Shown: piece after piece, positions 1 to 14,531 of the stretch
How positions within the stretch are numbered: position 1 is the first letter of the stretch
Layout of the letters: each line of letters starts with the position of its first letter
From: Eledone cirrhosa
Taxonomy: Eukaryota
Assembly (NCBI GenBank): GCA_964016885.1
Contig: OZ024742.1
Coordinates: 350,982,001-351,046,000 of the forward strand
DNA length: 64,000 bases
Direction of reading: 5' to 3'
Notes under the pieces: model-generated
Database searches by the model: none
Told to the model about the DNA's origin: nothing
Seen by the model: only the letters and a program-made list of their open reading frames with translations
Program-made: the position numbers and the translations under genes

Positions 1-1400
1 GAGGAAACATGTAAATGTTTCTGTAATTTATTTCTATTCAAATAGACTGGTCTCTCTTCAAGTTTGTATGCAAGCATATTGGGTTTTAAAGAAATGTTAT
101 TTCAATACATTATATCTAACAGAGCGGGTTTTAGATAATGTTTCCTCTGGTCCTAATTCACGCTATAACTGACATTGTAATAACGCCTCTTAACATCCCT
201 GCACTCTATTTTAGAAGGATTGTTGGATTGTTTAGTAGTAAGGTCACTTTCAATCCTTTTGAAGAGTTCGTTAAATCCTTTTAATATAAATTCAAAGAGA
301 CAGTGTGTAAGGGTGCATCTGCCTTTCAAATAATATGATAATTTAAATCTTAGAATTCGACACACTCTATAGCTTGGTGTCTGGCTGCAGCATTCATAGG
401 ATAAATGACTACACAAGATCTCAGCTAGCTATCGATGTTGGAGTCATTGAACTCCCAAAATGGACAAAGAGACAAAGGATTGGAGTGTCAACCCAGCGAC
501 TGGCTGCACCAGGGACATGATTGGAATGTATCATTTCTAAATATGAGTCATCACAGATTAAGCATATCTATAATCAAATATTTCTGCCAATAACCGTCCT
601 GTCGTTTTAGACTCATGCCAAGATCTACATTATCCAACGTCTCTTTCACTTTTCAAGACAGTACTTTGTGATTTGAAAGTAAATTACCACAAATTAAGTC
701 TCTCGTTGTCTTGTTAGCAAGACGTTCCCATTGGACGGAAATGAAAGTAGCTGGTTAAAATCGTAAAATTATAAAGAAAGACTTTAAGAAAGAAACATTA
801 TTTGTTTTCTACATACCCTGTAGAATATATAAGACATACTACATATGTTAAAAGGTAAAAGGCAGTGTAAACCTAATTTAATCTGTAAATTACTCAGGAA
901 AATAAGAATTGAAACTATATTACAAAGAAAGTTTGATACTATATATGATAGGTTCTTCAATTAGATTAATGAAGCGACCGAAACAAAAATGTGTTGGTGA
1001 AATATCAATATTTATCTGACTACGGCACTCGGCCAAAAAAACGAAATAAAACATGGAAATGAAAATATAACTTATTTAAGATGCTCTGCATTTAATTGAA
1101 TAAAAATTCAATGGCTTTGTAGATAGTTGAGTATTCAATAATAATAGACGAAACAACTATAAAAATAAGCTAAAAATATAAGATTGAATAAAATAAAAAT
1201 ATTTTGTTGACCATATTAACGGGTTTAGTTTATGCTATAGCCAATACAACAATGCTAAAAAGGTCACATTTTGAAGACGGATATAAACATATTTCAAATC
1301 TGGTACGTAAATTCTACTTTGTGGTTATATATAAAAAGTACTTTTCACGAGCCACACACACATGCTTACACGCCCCACCCCATATATATATATATATATA

Positions 1401-2791
<1,391 letters not shown>

Positions 2792-3957
2792 AATATATAT
2801 ATATATATATATGTGATATTAAGGCTACCCTCGTGGTCAGAACAGCTAAGGTTTTCAATATATTTTACCAGGCTTCACGGGATTTTTTTTCAAATGCTAA
2901 CATTGTGATCAATATTGTCGAGTGGAATGCTATACTGATGATATATCCATCTGGTAATTAATAGGAAATACATGGTGTGTTATAGACTTTATAATTAACA
3001 TCATATTTCCTGATCACAATTGTTGAAACATAAAAAAACAGCAAGTAATTAAACCACCATTGTTTGTGGTATACGATTTGCTTTTCATACTTACACAAAC
3101 ACGTCTATGTTGATAGTGTGATAATATCTTCTTAATTCCTGATGCAGCCAATCTACAATATTATGTACCCTCATTCTATACACAGGGGATAACTTTGGTG
3201 CATTGAAAATACTGCCTTTTCTCAGTAGATTATCATTGAAATATAGTAGTCAGTTCATTTTGTCGAGCTGGTCCTCAATATTTTCTTTACTTGAATGTGT
3301 TAGAATATGAGGATTATTATATAATAATTAATGTAACGGGTCGATTGTGTTGTAGTCTTTCTTGTTTTGTTGCTGATATATCCCAGGCAATTAAACCTCT
3401 AAGGTGTGAAATACACTTTGGAACCTTGTGAAGGAAGCAATCTCAATTTGGGTGTAATTTGCTTTGCAGAAAACATGAGTACTGAACGCTAAAATACATT
3501 ATCAATGATCAACATAATGTATAGAATGACATTTATCTAACCATTAATTTATTAAAATTAGGATTTCCCAGGAACCTTTGTCTTATGTATTATGTACCAT
3601 AGCACTCACGCATGCTCATAGAATATACACAGAGAAAGACGCGTGGAAGAAGATAGAATAGGATCAAAACGAAGAAGTGACACAGAAAAACAAGAATATA
3701 TATTGAAGAGATCAGGATATGTGCGGGAAAGATTTGACAAATAAATTAGCAAAAGGACGACCCCCCCCCCTCTCTTGCGACTGCTGGACTTGAAAACTGC
3801 CGAGAATATATAGTTTTCTCGTCTGTGTAAATGAGATCATTAATCTCATTTACATATGAAGCATAAGTTGGCGCAAAAGAAAATTTCGGTTCGTCCTTAC
3901 GATGGCCAGTCAAGCCTGACATTTATAAACGGTTGTCCCCCTTTCTTCTACTGGATA

Positions 3958-3973
3958 CCACCAGAGGGCGCTA
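3958..3973 (+). promoter_or_regulatory. CTCF-like binding motif
   Basis: CCACCAGAGGGCGCTA matches the CTCF core consensus CCASYAGRKGGCRS. The tandem copy at ~4250 is mutated. Confidence 0.45.
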
Positions 3974-4180
3974 GCTCCCCGGTGTTTACATAGCTACGGC
4001 TTCCTAAAAACTTCAATACATATTGTATAAAGCTATGCTCGAGGCGAAATTTCCTTTTTTATTATAAGTTGAGCCAACTTATGCTTCATATGTTAATGTG
4101 ATTAATCACCCCATTTACACAGACGAGAAAACTATATATTCTCGGCAGTTTTCAAGTCCAGCAGTCTCAGAGGGGGGTGG

Positions 4181-4227
4181 GATCATCCTGACGATGGCCA
4201 GTCAAGCCTGTAATGCATAGACGGTTG
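4181..4227 (+). ncRNA. Degenerate minimal type I HHR (family C)
   Basis: GAUCAUC-CUGACGA-U-GGC(CAGUCAA)GCC-U-GUAA-UGCA-UA-GACGGUU. GAAA is mutated to GUAA. A more decayed copy lies at ~3888-3935. Confidence 0.7.
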
Positions 4228-4436
4228 TCCCCCTTGCTTCTACTGGATACCACCAGGCAGCGTTAGCCCCCCGGTGTTTACATAGCTACGGCTTCCTACA
4301 AACTTCAATAAATAAATTAGCATTCGATTATTAAACTAAATGTTGAATTAATTAGTTACATAATCAATTATAAAACTGAAGTAAAAGTCAACTGGTGCAT
4401 ATGGCATGTTTATATTTCATGAATTACTCAAATTAT

Positions 4437-4477
<41 letters not shown>

Positions 4478-4662
4478 GATAAAACTACCAAAATGTACGG
4501 TAGTGTCCAATCCGTATGAAGAACTCAATGTAATCCGAATTTAATGAAAAGAGATGTATTCAAACATTTTTTTTCGATGAAAAACACAGGAAACAGAGTC
4601 AAGATAAATTAATAAAAATAATGAATAAAAACAAAGAAACAGTTCCTTATATTAACAAATTC

Positions 4663-4796
4663 ATCATTTTACGATCGTTTCTAGGATATATATGTGTGTG
4701 TTGGTATGTATACCATATAGATCTATGTAAAATGTTTACAAACTATCAGAGGGAATATACATACCTACACATATATATGCTGTCTTCAGAAATAAT
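4663..4796 (-). ncRNA. Type I HHR with long microsatellite-like stem II, downstream of a PLE endonuclease fragment
   Basis: Minus strand: AUUAUUU-CUGAAGA-[~100 nt hairpin]-GAAA-CGAUCG-UA-AAAUGAU. Stem I is 7 bp; stem III is the palindrome ACGAUCGU. Confidence 0.8.
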
Positions 4797-5535
4797 GATA
4801 TTTGTTTATTGAAAAAAAACAACAAAGATTTAATATAATAGGTCTGTTTAGGAACAGGTTTTGAATTGACCAATAGAAAGGTAGTAAGTGGTCAAGATGG
4901 TAGAATAGTAGTAATGGAACTTTACTTTAGGGGTAGAGGAAGGCAGATTTCAGTTTTGAATGGAAAGAGTGTAATGAATAAAAAGATTATTTGGGGATGA
5001 AAATAGGTCAGGTCGGTAAAAGGTACACGAAAATTTGAAGTTATAAAATAATAATGCTAATGTAAATATCTAAGGAGAATAAAATTTTACGATAAATGTG
5101 TTAGTGAAAAATATCAATCTTATTTAAAACATAAGGGATTTACATCTATAAAAAGAAAATAAATTAATTAAATTGATAGGTATAATTATATTGATAAATT
5201 TATATTAATTCATATAGATATGATAAATAAGAGTTAGATGTAATTGAAGAATGCTGTTAAACACGAAGGGGAAATAAAAAAATAAAGGGAAAATAAAAAT
5301 AATAATAATTATTATTATTGGGGGGTTGAGAAATAACAAATTTATATAGATTATAAGAAATATAGATTCATAACCTGAAATTAAAATAGTTTATATGTAT
5401 ACTTATTGGTATCAATTTTAGGAAAAGATAGCTGTAAAAGGGAAATAAAATTATGCAGTTCATTAGTAGTAGAATATTAATTATAGGTTAACTAAATAAA
5501 AAAAAGTGTTATTATAATAATTTGTAAAGTGTATA

Positions 5536-5947
5536 TTAATTAGGTTTATAATACTTAAAAGCTTTTCTCAATTTATTATTACATGATATAATTAATTCCT
5601 GTCGCTTATTTAATAGGATAACCTTAGATTTCATTATTTCAAAAAGTTCCTGGGAACATAATCTACATTCATATCTATTATTTTGATAAGGGGTGGCCCT
5701 TTTGAGCACACTCCAGGTCATGTTATAATCTATATTCCTTTTTCTATAATTATTAATTATTTCAGCTAAGGATGTATTACCTAATGCGACATTTTTAAAA
5801 CTGTATTTGTGGGTATTAAATCTTACCTTAAATTGGTTAGAAGTAGCTCCTATATATGAATAAGTTGGGTCCTTAGTGTTAATTTTACATTTATATGCTA
5901 TGTTATTAATAAGGCAATTTCCTTTTAATGGGCAATTTGCTTTGTTT
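5536..5947 (-). pseudogene. 5'-truncated PLE GIY-YIG endonuclease fragment
   Basis: NCPLKGNCLINNIAYKCKI...SYIGATSNQFKVRFNTH...CRLCSQE...LLNKRQE. Same motif layout as the C-terminus of the 53232-55055 ORF. Truncated at (TA)n. Confidence 0.9.
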
Positions 5948-5987
5948 ATATATATATATATATATATGTTATATATATATATATATG

Positions 5988-6036
<49 letters not shown>

Positions 6037-6192
6037 GTTATACTTTGGGAGGGTCATGTTGCCAATAAGAAGCACACGCACCAGTTGTTTCACTTCAATT
6101 TATTATAATAAATTTATAAATTTAGGAATTTATAAATTAAATTTCTGGTTGGTTGGTTGGTTTGTTCCACAACCAGATAGTTGTTTATATAT

Positions 6193-6238
6193 TGTTAAAG
6201 TTCTTTCGTCACACATTCTGTGACCTCTTCAGTGACTG
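6193..6238 (-). ncRNA. pLTR hammerhead motif (further copies at ~10254-10299 and ~11912-11957)
   Basis: Minus strand: GUCA-CUGAAGA-G-GUCAC(AGAAUGU)GUGAC-GAAA-GAAC-UU. Stem I pairs fully (GUCA/UGAC) only in the third copy, whose core is mutated. Confidence 0.75.
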
Positions 6239-6601
6239 GGGATTCTTTTCTTTGTTTTTGTGCCTCTCCTTTGTTCTGTCCTACGCCATTTTGTTTCTGT
6301 GTGTGTGTTGTGTGCTCAGTCTGCGCATGCGCCACATCCGGGTATCTGTGTGTGTTGATATTCGTTTATTTATTTGTTTATTTACATGTTATCGGTTGGT
6401 TGTTTGTTCTATGTGCGTGTGTGTTATCATTTTGTCCTTATTGTAAGTTGTGATGTTGCTGTTCCACTCATATTTTCTATTTAATTTTGGTTGTAATTCT
6501 TTCATGTTTATTGCCTCTGTGATTTGTCTAAACATTGCGTCTTTTCTGTGTGTAGATTCTATTTTTATTTCTATGTTCTCTAATGTACCCTTATGTTCTA
6601 T

Positions 6602-9600
6602 TTAAGCATGTTGGTAGAGTACAGATGATTCTTTACTATCTTGAAGGTCTCGCCAGTGTTCATTTATCCGTTCCCCAACAATACGAGCTGTCTCGCCTAT
6701 GTACACTATATTTTTGTCTCTACATTGTCCCTCAGTACATCTTATGCTATACACTAAATTTCTAGTTTTACAGTTAATATGGTGGCTTATTTTACAGGTT
6801 ATACATTTATTATCTATACAGGGGGGTCTATGAAAAGGGTATGTCTTGCTAATAAGTGTTTTTACGGAGGTACCTGGTCTTTCTACTATCTTAATATTGA
6901 GTTTATGTTCATCTAGGGCCCTTCTAAATTTGTAAGCTAATTCACCTTTAGGGGTTGTATCGACGGACATTACACTCTGGTATTTATTGTTATCATACCA
7001 TGAGTTTATTCTATTAGCCTTATACCTAGTTCTTTCTATTCTATTCCAAAATTTGCTGCTATACAAGGGGCAGGTCCCATTTGTGTCATTATTTACCATT
7101 TTTTCCCATTTGGTTCTGGCTCCTCTATACACTCTGATTTAATCTCTCTGATTGTAACCAGATAACTGCATACGGTGGATGAAGTGTTGTATGTGTCTCT
7201 CAAGTTCTTCGGGGTTGCACATGCGGGACACGTTTCTCATCACCCGTACCAAATCCGCAATCAGTATGTTGATTTTGGTATGGTCCGAAACAGCCGAGTT
7301 TCGGTGGATCAGATGTTTGGAAGTCATGGGTTTGGCATAATGGGAATGGAGGATTTGTTTTTGTTATTAATGGTATCTAAGCTCTGTGTCTAGTACAAGT
7401 AATCGATGGTTGGGGTGTTTACTTGGGTAGTCTATAGTAACTCTAATACTCTGGTGGATGGAGTTAGCTATTTGCTGGATGCTTTCCATTGTGTTTTTCT
7501 CTAGATCCTGACTGTTCTCTAGTGGGGGTGTCTTAACTACGATGTTTATATCATCAACGTAGCGGGAGTACATTATCAGGGTTAAGGGGTCTTCTAATTG
7601 TTTTTTAAGTTTAAGTTTAAGTGTACTGTCCCACCATACCATGAATAAGTTAGCTATGTCGCCTGCAATGCTAACACCAATGGCTGCTCTTTCCACTTGG
7701 GCATATGTTTTTCCATTAAATTTGAACATATGTTCCTTAAGGATTAGTTTTATGCTGGCCCCTACCGCATGTGCAATCATTTTCTTCAGTTCATCGTGGT
7801 TTTCGGGCGTCCGTGTGGCTCTGGTCCACACGTTCCATCTATCTCTGTGGGTTTTCTTGGCCATTGAAGTAATGGTAGGTGGTCTGCCTATTGCTGGTCT
7901 TGTAGGGCACATGTTGCTAAGGTCATATGTGTCTAGGTAATTATTACTATAGGTAAGTTTAAGTAGGTGTCCCAGCTCACTGGTATCAATCCCACGGAAC
8001 TCAACATTGCACTCGCTGATAATTTCTACGCATTTCTCCTCAGCAAAATCCACGTCAATAGATGGATACAGGGACACAACATTCTTACTACCTATTATGC
8101 AGTTTGTTAGGTCTCTAGATCGGTTACCCTCGCCGAACCTGCTGAGGAGGTCCTCCGTGCTGTCACATACATCTAGGGACATTTCAATGATGGGGCGTAT
8201 GATCAGGGAGAGGAAGTAGGACAGTCTGTATTTACTAGCAATGTTAGCTCCACAGACTGGCCGTGTTGGTGGTCCCGTGACAGGGTCACTGCCCGTTTTA
8301 TGGTCTTTTCGAAGCCCATACAACGCCGGCACGTCATTGTTTCAGGCCTGGAAGTTGTTGGCAGTCCTTTTGTTGGGCTGCATTATATTCGTCCACATCA
8401 CCATATGGGTATCGAGGGCTTTTTCTCTATCCTCATGCTCCTGTGGTGTTACCTCTCTTGTGTTAGTGATGTGGGGTTGCATTACCTGGATGTAGTTTGG
8501 CAGGCTGTCAACCGACATTCTGCCAGACTTGTCTGTTGGAAAGCATGCTATCTCTTCATTACGCGAGCTCTGCATGAGCTTCTACAAGCCATTCGCAGAT
8601 TTTTCTCCCAGTTGCTGGGCCTCCATTCTATTATGCTTCTTGCTATACTGTTCTATAATATTTCTAAGTTCGGATCTAGCTATAATAAATTGTGCTTCTG
8701 TTTGTTCATCGACCTGCGACGGCAATTGCGTGCGTTTGTTAAATGGTAAAGTCGTGGCGTGGACTCGTCGCAGGTCGAACGACTTATCGGAGGGATTATA
8801 AAAAGTAGAGTTCCAGGCTGCTGCTTTATGTGTACTAGTGCTATTGTTATTGTTAGTTGTGTTGTTTCTATTTCTATTTTCACCAACAGCCTCATGGTTG
8901 TTTCTATGTCTCTCATAATTACTCCTGTCTCTTTCCACTGGCTCATTGTTATTATCTACTCTATTTTGTGTGTCTGTGTGTTCGTCTTGGTTATTTTCTT
9001 TGTCCATAGTCTCCCTTCTCCTTTTAATCCTATTACTTTCCCTTATTTCTGTGATTTTGTGCTACTGTCATTACTTGTTTTCTGTGTCTGTGTGTTTGTT
9101 AAGATTGTGGTGGTGGTGAGAGGCATTGAATGTGTGTGTGTTGTTGTTGTTGATGTGTGCTGTTTATATGTGTGTTGTTGTTGTTGTCTCCGTGTGTGTT
9201 ATTATTGTTGTGTGTGTTGTTATTGTGGTTTGTGTCTGCGTGTCTGTTGTTGTTTCTGAGTATGTTATTATTGTAGGTGTGTGTGTTGTTGTTAATGTTG
9301 TTTGTATCTGTGTGTCTGTTGTTGTTGGGATGTGTGTTGTATATGTGTGTGCGTATGTTGTTACTTTTGTTTTTGTTTTTGTTTTTGAGGCTCCAACGTA
9401 ATTTTGTAAATGATTTTTCTATTTCTGACAGACAACTAATCATATTTACCTTCTTGAATGTCGCAAATTTCGGTGGTAGAAGTAATACAGATAATTCATC
9501 AGGTTCTATTGCCTTGTTGCCGTATATATTTGTGTTGTTGTTGTTGTTGAACTCATCTGCTAATGAGGTGTCGGCCATATTTATACCGTCAATTTTGTCG

Positions 9601-10145
9601 GGATATCTATTGGTATTCTCTACAGTATCCTGATTTAGTTTTATCTGCTTAAGCCACTTTAGTTTTTTGTTAAAGTGCTTATCACATTCTTGAGCAATGT
9701 ACTGTTCTTCAGGACGTATAAGGCTTATAAATATTAGTTTCTCTCTTGGTGTGGTGATCCTAGTTATTTCTAGTATTAGGTTACGCTTATGTTTTTCTTG
9801 ATGACTTAATTCTCTATAGATCTTCTTTTTTATGTTTAGAATTAGTGTACGTTTTAGCCTATCTGCTTGCTTTTTGGTGAGTTGTAATCTTCTTACGTCG
9901 GTATTGATGGTGTTGGTGTAAACTCGGGAGGAGGCACATTCTTTTATGAAGTGTAGTTGGCGAGATGTTATGGTTTTTCGTAGACAGCAGAACATAGTTG
10001 TTTTCAGTATCTTGTTAGCCTGGCTAAGGCTTACGATATTTCGTTTCTGAATTTGTTTAGCAAGATTCTTTATCTGAAAACGTGCGATGAAACCGAAATT
10101 GTTATACTTTGGGAGGGTCATGTTGCCAATAAGAAACACACGCAC
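6602..10145 (-). pseudogene. Disrupted PLE polyprotein (N-terminal domain, RT, Cys linker, GIY-YIG)
   Basis: ORF pieces 9099-10145, 8582-9007, 8342-8575 (PTDKSG), 7367-8332 (IIGSKNVVSLYPSI, AIGVSIAGDIANLFM, YSRYVDD), 7139-7327 and 6602-7132 (CxxxxCxxC, NLVYSIRC...YIGETAR). Broken by frameshifts and stops. Confidence 0.92.
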
Positions 10146-11805
10146 CAGTTGCTTTCACTTCAATTTATTATAATAAATTTATAAATTTAGGAATTTATGA
10201 ATTAAATTTCTGGTTGGTTGGTTGGTTCCACAACCAGATAGTTGTTTATATATTGACAAAGTTCTTTCGTCACACATTCTGTGACCTCTTCAGTGACTTG
10301 GGATTCTTTTCTTTGTTTTTGTGCCTCTCCTTTGTTCTGTCCTACGCCATTTTGTTTCTGTGTGTGTGTTGTGTGCTCCGTCTGCGCATGCGCCACATCC
10401 GGGTGTCCGTGTGTGTTTATATTCGTTTATTTATTTGTTTATTTACATGTTATCGGTTGGTTGTTTGTTCTATGTGCGTGTGTGTTTTCATTTTGTCCTT
10501 AATTGTAAGTTGTGATGTTGCTGTTCCACTCATATTTTCTATTTAATTTCGGTTGGAATTCTTTTATGTTTATTGCCTCTGTGATTTGTCTAAACATTGC
10601 GTCTTTTCTGTGTGTAGATTCTATTTTTATGTCTATGTTCTATAATTTACCCTTATGTTCTATTTTAGCATGTTTGTAGACTACAGATGATTCTTTACTA
10701 ACTTGAAGGTCTCGCCAGTGTTCATTTATCCGTTCCCCTACACTTCGAGCTGTCTCACCTATGCACGCTATATTTTTGTCTCTACTTTGTCCTTCAGTAC
10801 ATCTTATGCTATACACTAAATTTCTAGTTTTATAGTTAATATGGGGGCTTCTTTTACAGGTTATACATTTATTATCTATACAGGGGGGTCTTTGAAAAGG
10901 GTATGTCTTGCTAATAAGTGTTTTTACGGAGGTACCTGGTCTTTCTACTATCTTAATATTGAGTTTATGTTTATCTAGGGCCCTTTTAAATTTGTAAGCT
11001 AATTCACCTCTAGGGGTTGTATCGATGAACATTACACTCTGGTATTTATTGCTATCATACCATGAGTTTATTCTATTAGCCTTATTCCTAGTTCTTTCTA
11101 TTCTATTCAAAAATTTGCTCCTCTACAAGGGGCAGGTCCCATTTGTGTCATTATTTACCACTTTTTCCCATTTGGTTCTGGCTCCTCTATACACTCAGAT
11201 TTTATCTCTCTGATTGTAACCAGAGAACTGCATACGCTGGATGAAGTGTTGTATGTGTCTCTCTAGTTCTTCGGGGTTGCACATGCGGGACACGTTTCTC
11301 ATCACCCGTACCAAATCCGCAATCAGTATGTTGATTTTGTTATGGTCCGAAACAGCCGAGTTTCGGTGTATCAGATGTTTGGAAGTCATGGGTTTGGCAT
11401 AATGGGAATAGAGGATTTGTTTTTTGTTATTAATGGTATCTAACCAGAGCTCTGTGTCTAGTACAGGTAATCGATGGTTGTGGTGTTTATTGGGTAGTCT
11501 ATAGTAACTCTAATACTCTGGTGGATGGAGTTAGCTATTTGCTGGATGCTTTCCATTGTGTTTTTCTCTAGTTCCTGACTGTTCTCTAGTGGGGGTGTCT
11601 TAACTACGCTGTTTATATCATCAACGTAGCGGGAGTACATTATCAGGGTTAAGGGTCTTCTAATTGTTCTTTAAGTTTAAGTTTAAGTCTACTGTCCCAC
11701 CATACCATGAATAAGTTAGCTATGTCGCCTGCTATGCTAACACCAATGGCTACTCTTTCCACTTGGGCATATGTTTTTCCATTAAATTTGAACATATGTT
11801 CCTTT

Positions 11806-12082
11806 TTATTTACTTCACTCCAATTTACTATAAATTAAATTTATATAATTTAAGAATTTATAAATTTCCGGTTGATTGGTTGGTTCGATAACCGGACGGT
11901 TGATCATATATTGTCAAAGTTCTTTCGTCACACATTATGTGACTTCTTCTATGACTGGGGATCCTTTTCTTTGTTTTGTGCCTCTACTTTTTTCTGTCCT
12001 ACGCCATCTTATTTTTTTAAAAAGTGAAAGAGACTGGTGCGTGTGTTTCTTATTGGCAACATGACCCTCCCAAAGCATAACC
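11806..12082. mobile_element. pLTR fragment of the same PLE family with inverted terminal segment
   Basis: 11810-12010 matches 6088-6290. 12020-12082 is the reverse complement of 6036-6095. Confidence 0.8.
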
Positions 12083-12099
12083 ATATATATATATATATA

Positions 12100-12222
12100 A
12101 GGAACCAGGTGGACCTTTTCGCACCAGAGTGCTCGGATATTTTGGGTAGTAGAGTGGGTAATAGGAAAACAGTCAGAACCCCGACGGCAGAGCTCAAGCC
12201 GTTTCGACAACTATCTGGACTC
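12100..12222 (-). mobile_element. Terminal fragment of family E (copies at ~21560-21700, ~37420-37550 and 46730-46860)
   Basis: Shared GGAACCAGGTGGACC...GGGTAGTAGAGTGGGTAATAG...CCGACGGCAGAGCTCAAGCCGTTTCGAC, always next to microsatellites. Confidence 0.75.
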
Positions 12223-12456
12223 CACACACATACATATACACACCCACATATATACACACAAACACACACACATATATAAATATGTATACACACTCACACA
12301 CATACATACAAACATACACAAAAGTCTATATACACGCACGTCTATACACACACACAAATACACACACACACATATATATATATGCATATACATATATTAA
12401 TATGTACAAACCACTGGGAAGTAGTTCGGGAACAGATATAAATAAGAACAAAAATT

Positions 12457-12514
<58 letters not shown>

Positions 12515-12597
12515 ATAATAATAAATTTGAAGACTAAAATCCAAAGAGGGCTCGATAAGGATTAATATATATCAAATATATAAGAACCGTAGAGCAA

Positions 12598-12701
12598 ATA
12601 TTTATTAAAATAATAGATTAAAGTTTAAGCAAAGAATCGCTGCTTTCACCCTTAAGGGTGAAAGCAGCGATTCTTTGATTAAACTTTAATCTGTTATTTT
12701 A

Positions 12702-12710
<9 letters not shown>
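12598..12710. repeat. ~110-bp palindrome of the extreme 3' end of the 52325-55055 PLE family
   Basis: Centred on CCCTTAAGGG at ~12654. The arm matches 18135-18188 and 52327-52389. Confidence 0.85.
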
Positions 12711-12740
<30 letters not shown>

Positions 12741-12779
12741 CATATATATATATATATATATTGTCTCCAACTACTTTAC

Positions 12780-12838
<59 letters not shown>

Positions 12839-14531
12839 AAAATGGGGAGAAGAATACTGTAGGTTGCACATGGATAACATGTTATAAAATGAGTCCCTCA
12901 TCAGTGATTTGCCAACGATCATAGATATTTCATTGCATTAAAAATCATATACCTCACGTTGGTGCAATAATAACTAATTTAATTTATTAGGACAATTAAA
13001 ACGCGTAAAGCGATTGAGACAAGTAAACAACAAAGAGGAAAGCTAACCGTAGATAGGAAGAGACACAAGCTACATAGTTATTCTATCAGTATAAGCTGGG
13101 TGAATATATGAGCGCGTAGAAAATAGACCTTTCGAGATGAATCCAATGTAAGAAAGAAGGAAATTGTTTTCGTCGCGAACGTGGTGAAGTGAGAAGGTGA
13201 GAAACAGTGAGTGAGTCAGTGGAAGTGTGAGGAAGAGGTCAGTAGAGAGAAAGTGTTAACTGACATGACAGAGGGGGCGAAATAAAGTAAGAGAAACAGA
13301 GAGAACGAGGGAGCAGTAAGAGAGAGAGAGAGAGAGAGAAAAACAGAATCGCAGTTTAGGTAAATATATGTGAAAAAATTGGGAGAAGAATACTGCAGGT
13401 TGCACATGGATAACATGTTATATATATACCTATATGATGGCTGCCCCCTCGTTATCGAGTATGGCCATTGCACGATATAACATTATTAATAATTATTAAT
13501 TAGTTCTATCGTGCGTGAAGATATTTTAAAGTAAGGAAAGACTGAGCCAGGGCTTTCTTCTAGGAGAATGCAACTCAGGAAACTGGGATATCTCCGATAT
13601 AAAACCTGCAGCTCAGTAGTAACCGATGATGTTGATTTATATATATATATATATATATATAACCCTATACCCGTTCCCATCAAGAATCCAGTAATAAATG
13701 TATATAAAAGGAACACAGGATGTATGTCAACAGTTTGGATGTGGATCTCGCATATAAACTCACATATCTGAGAAAATATCGAAGAAGAATCGGGTTTCTA
13801 TCGCTTTGATCAAACCAAAGTTGACCGATATCGAAACAAAGATATATTGCTTTGCATTTTAGACTAATTTTCATTAGGTTTGATATTGTAAGTGCCTTAA
13901 TGCCTTATCTAACTTTAGAGCAGATATTATTCACCTGATTCAACACAGTATGCTATTCATCAGGAATTATTTTGAATTCTTGAAGATCCCGAAATTATTT
14001 TAACAAAATCTATTTAATAGTCGAAAATCTCCAACAAAATTTCACCGGTTTTACATATTTTATCAAAGATCAAACTTGGACTAATCATCGTAGTGAACTA
14101 TATTTATTCCATCCCCCACCAAAACAAATTTGCATCGATTTTCCTCAGAAGAAATAAGAGTTGATTTTTAATATCGTATAGTTTCTGATATCCTACGCAC
14201 ATCATATTGTTTTTCTTTCTAAATATATTAGCCTCTAGCAGTAGCTATAATTACTTTTTCCTTAAAAGATATCTAATATAGTCATGTAAACATCACTCGA
14301 AATGAATACAAATTGATTTATCATAAAATTGCTATATTTAATTTAGCAAACATCTTCAGACATTACACAAAAAAGGGGCAAGATGCTACTCGTGTTGTCC
14401 AGTATAAAGAGAACCAAGTTTATTTCTTGAAGTAAAGTAGTTGGAAACAATTATTCTTTATAAGTCCAGCTATTAACCAGTGTATTACTGGTATATTATT
14501 TTATCGACCCCGTAAGGATGAAAGGCAAAGG

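Larger units (their letters stand above)
3750..4320 (+). mobile_element. HHR-bearing element (family C) with tandem and inverted segments
   Basis: Direct repeat ~3890-4018 / ~4183-4310. Inverted repeat ~3770-3835 / ~4110-4180. Confidence 0.7.
6034..11805 (-). mobile_element. Penelope-like element (probably Neptune-type): near full-length unit with pLTRs plus upstream partial tandem copy
   Basis: 6034-7735 is repeated at ~10100-11805. RT and GIY-YIG fragments present. The ORF starts inside the pLTR. Confidence 0.92.

Noticed and set aside
7641-9633. Plus-strand ORFs over the PLE
   Set aside because: Antisense shadows of the RT frame and of TG-rich repeats.
13930-13975. CUGAUGA on the minus strand as a hammerhead
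   Set aside because: No GAAA or convincing stems follow. The same holds for CTGATGA at 26566 and 59521.
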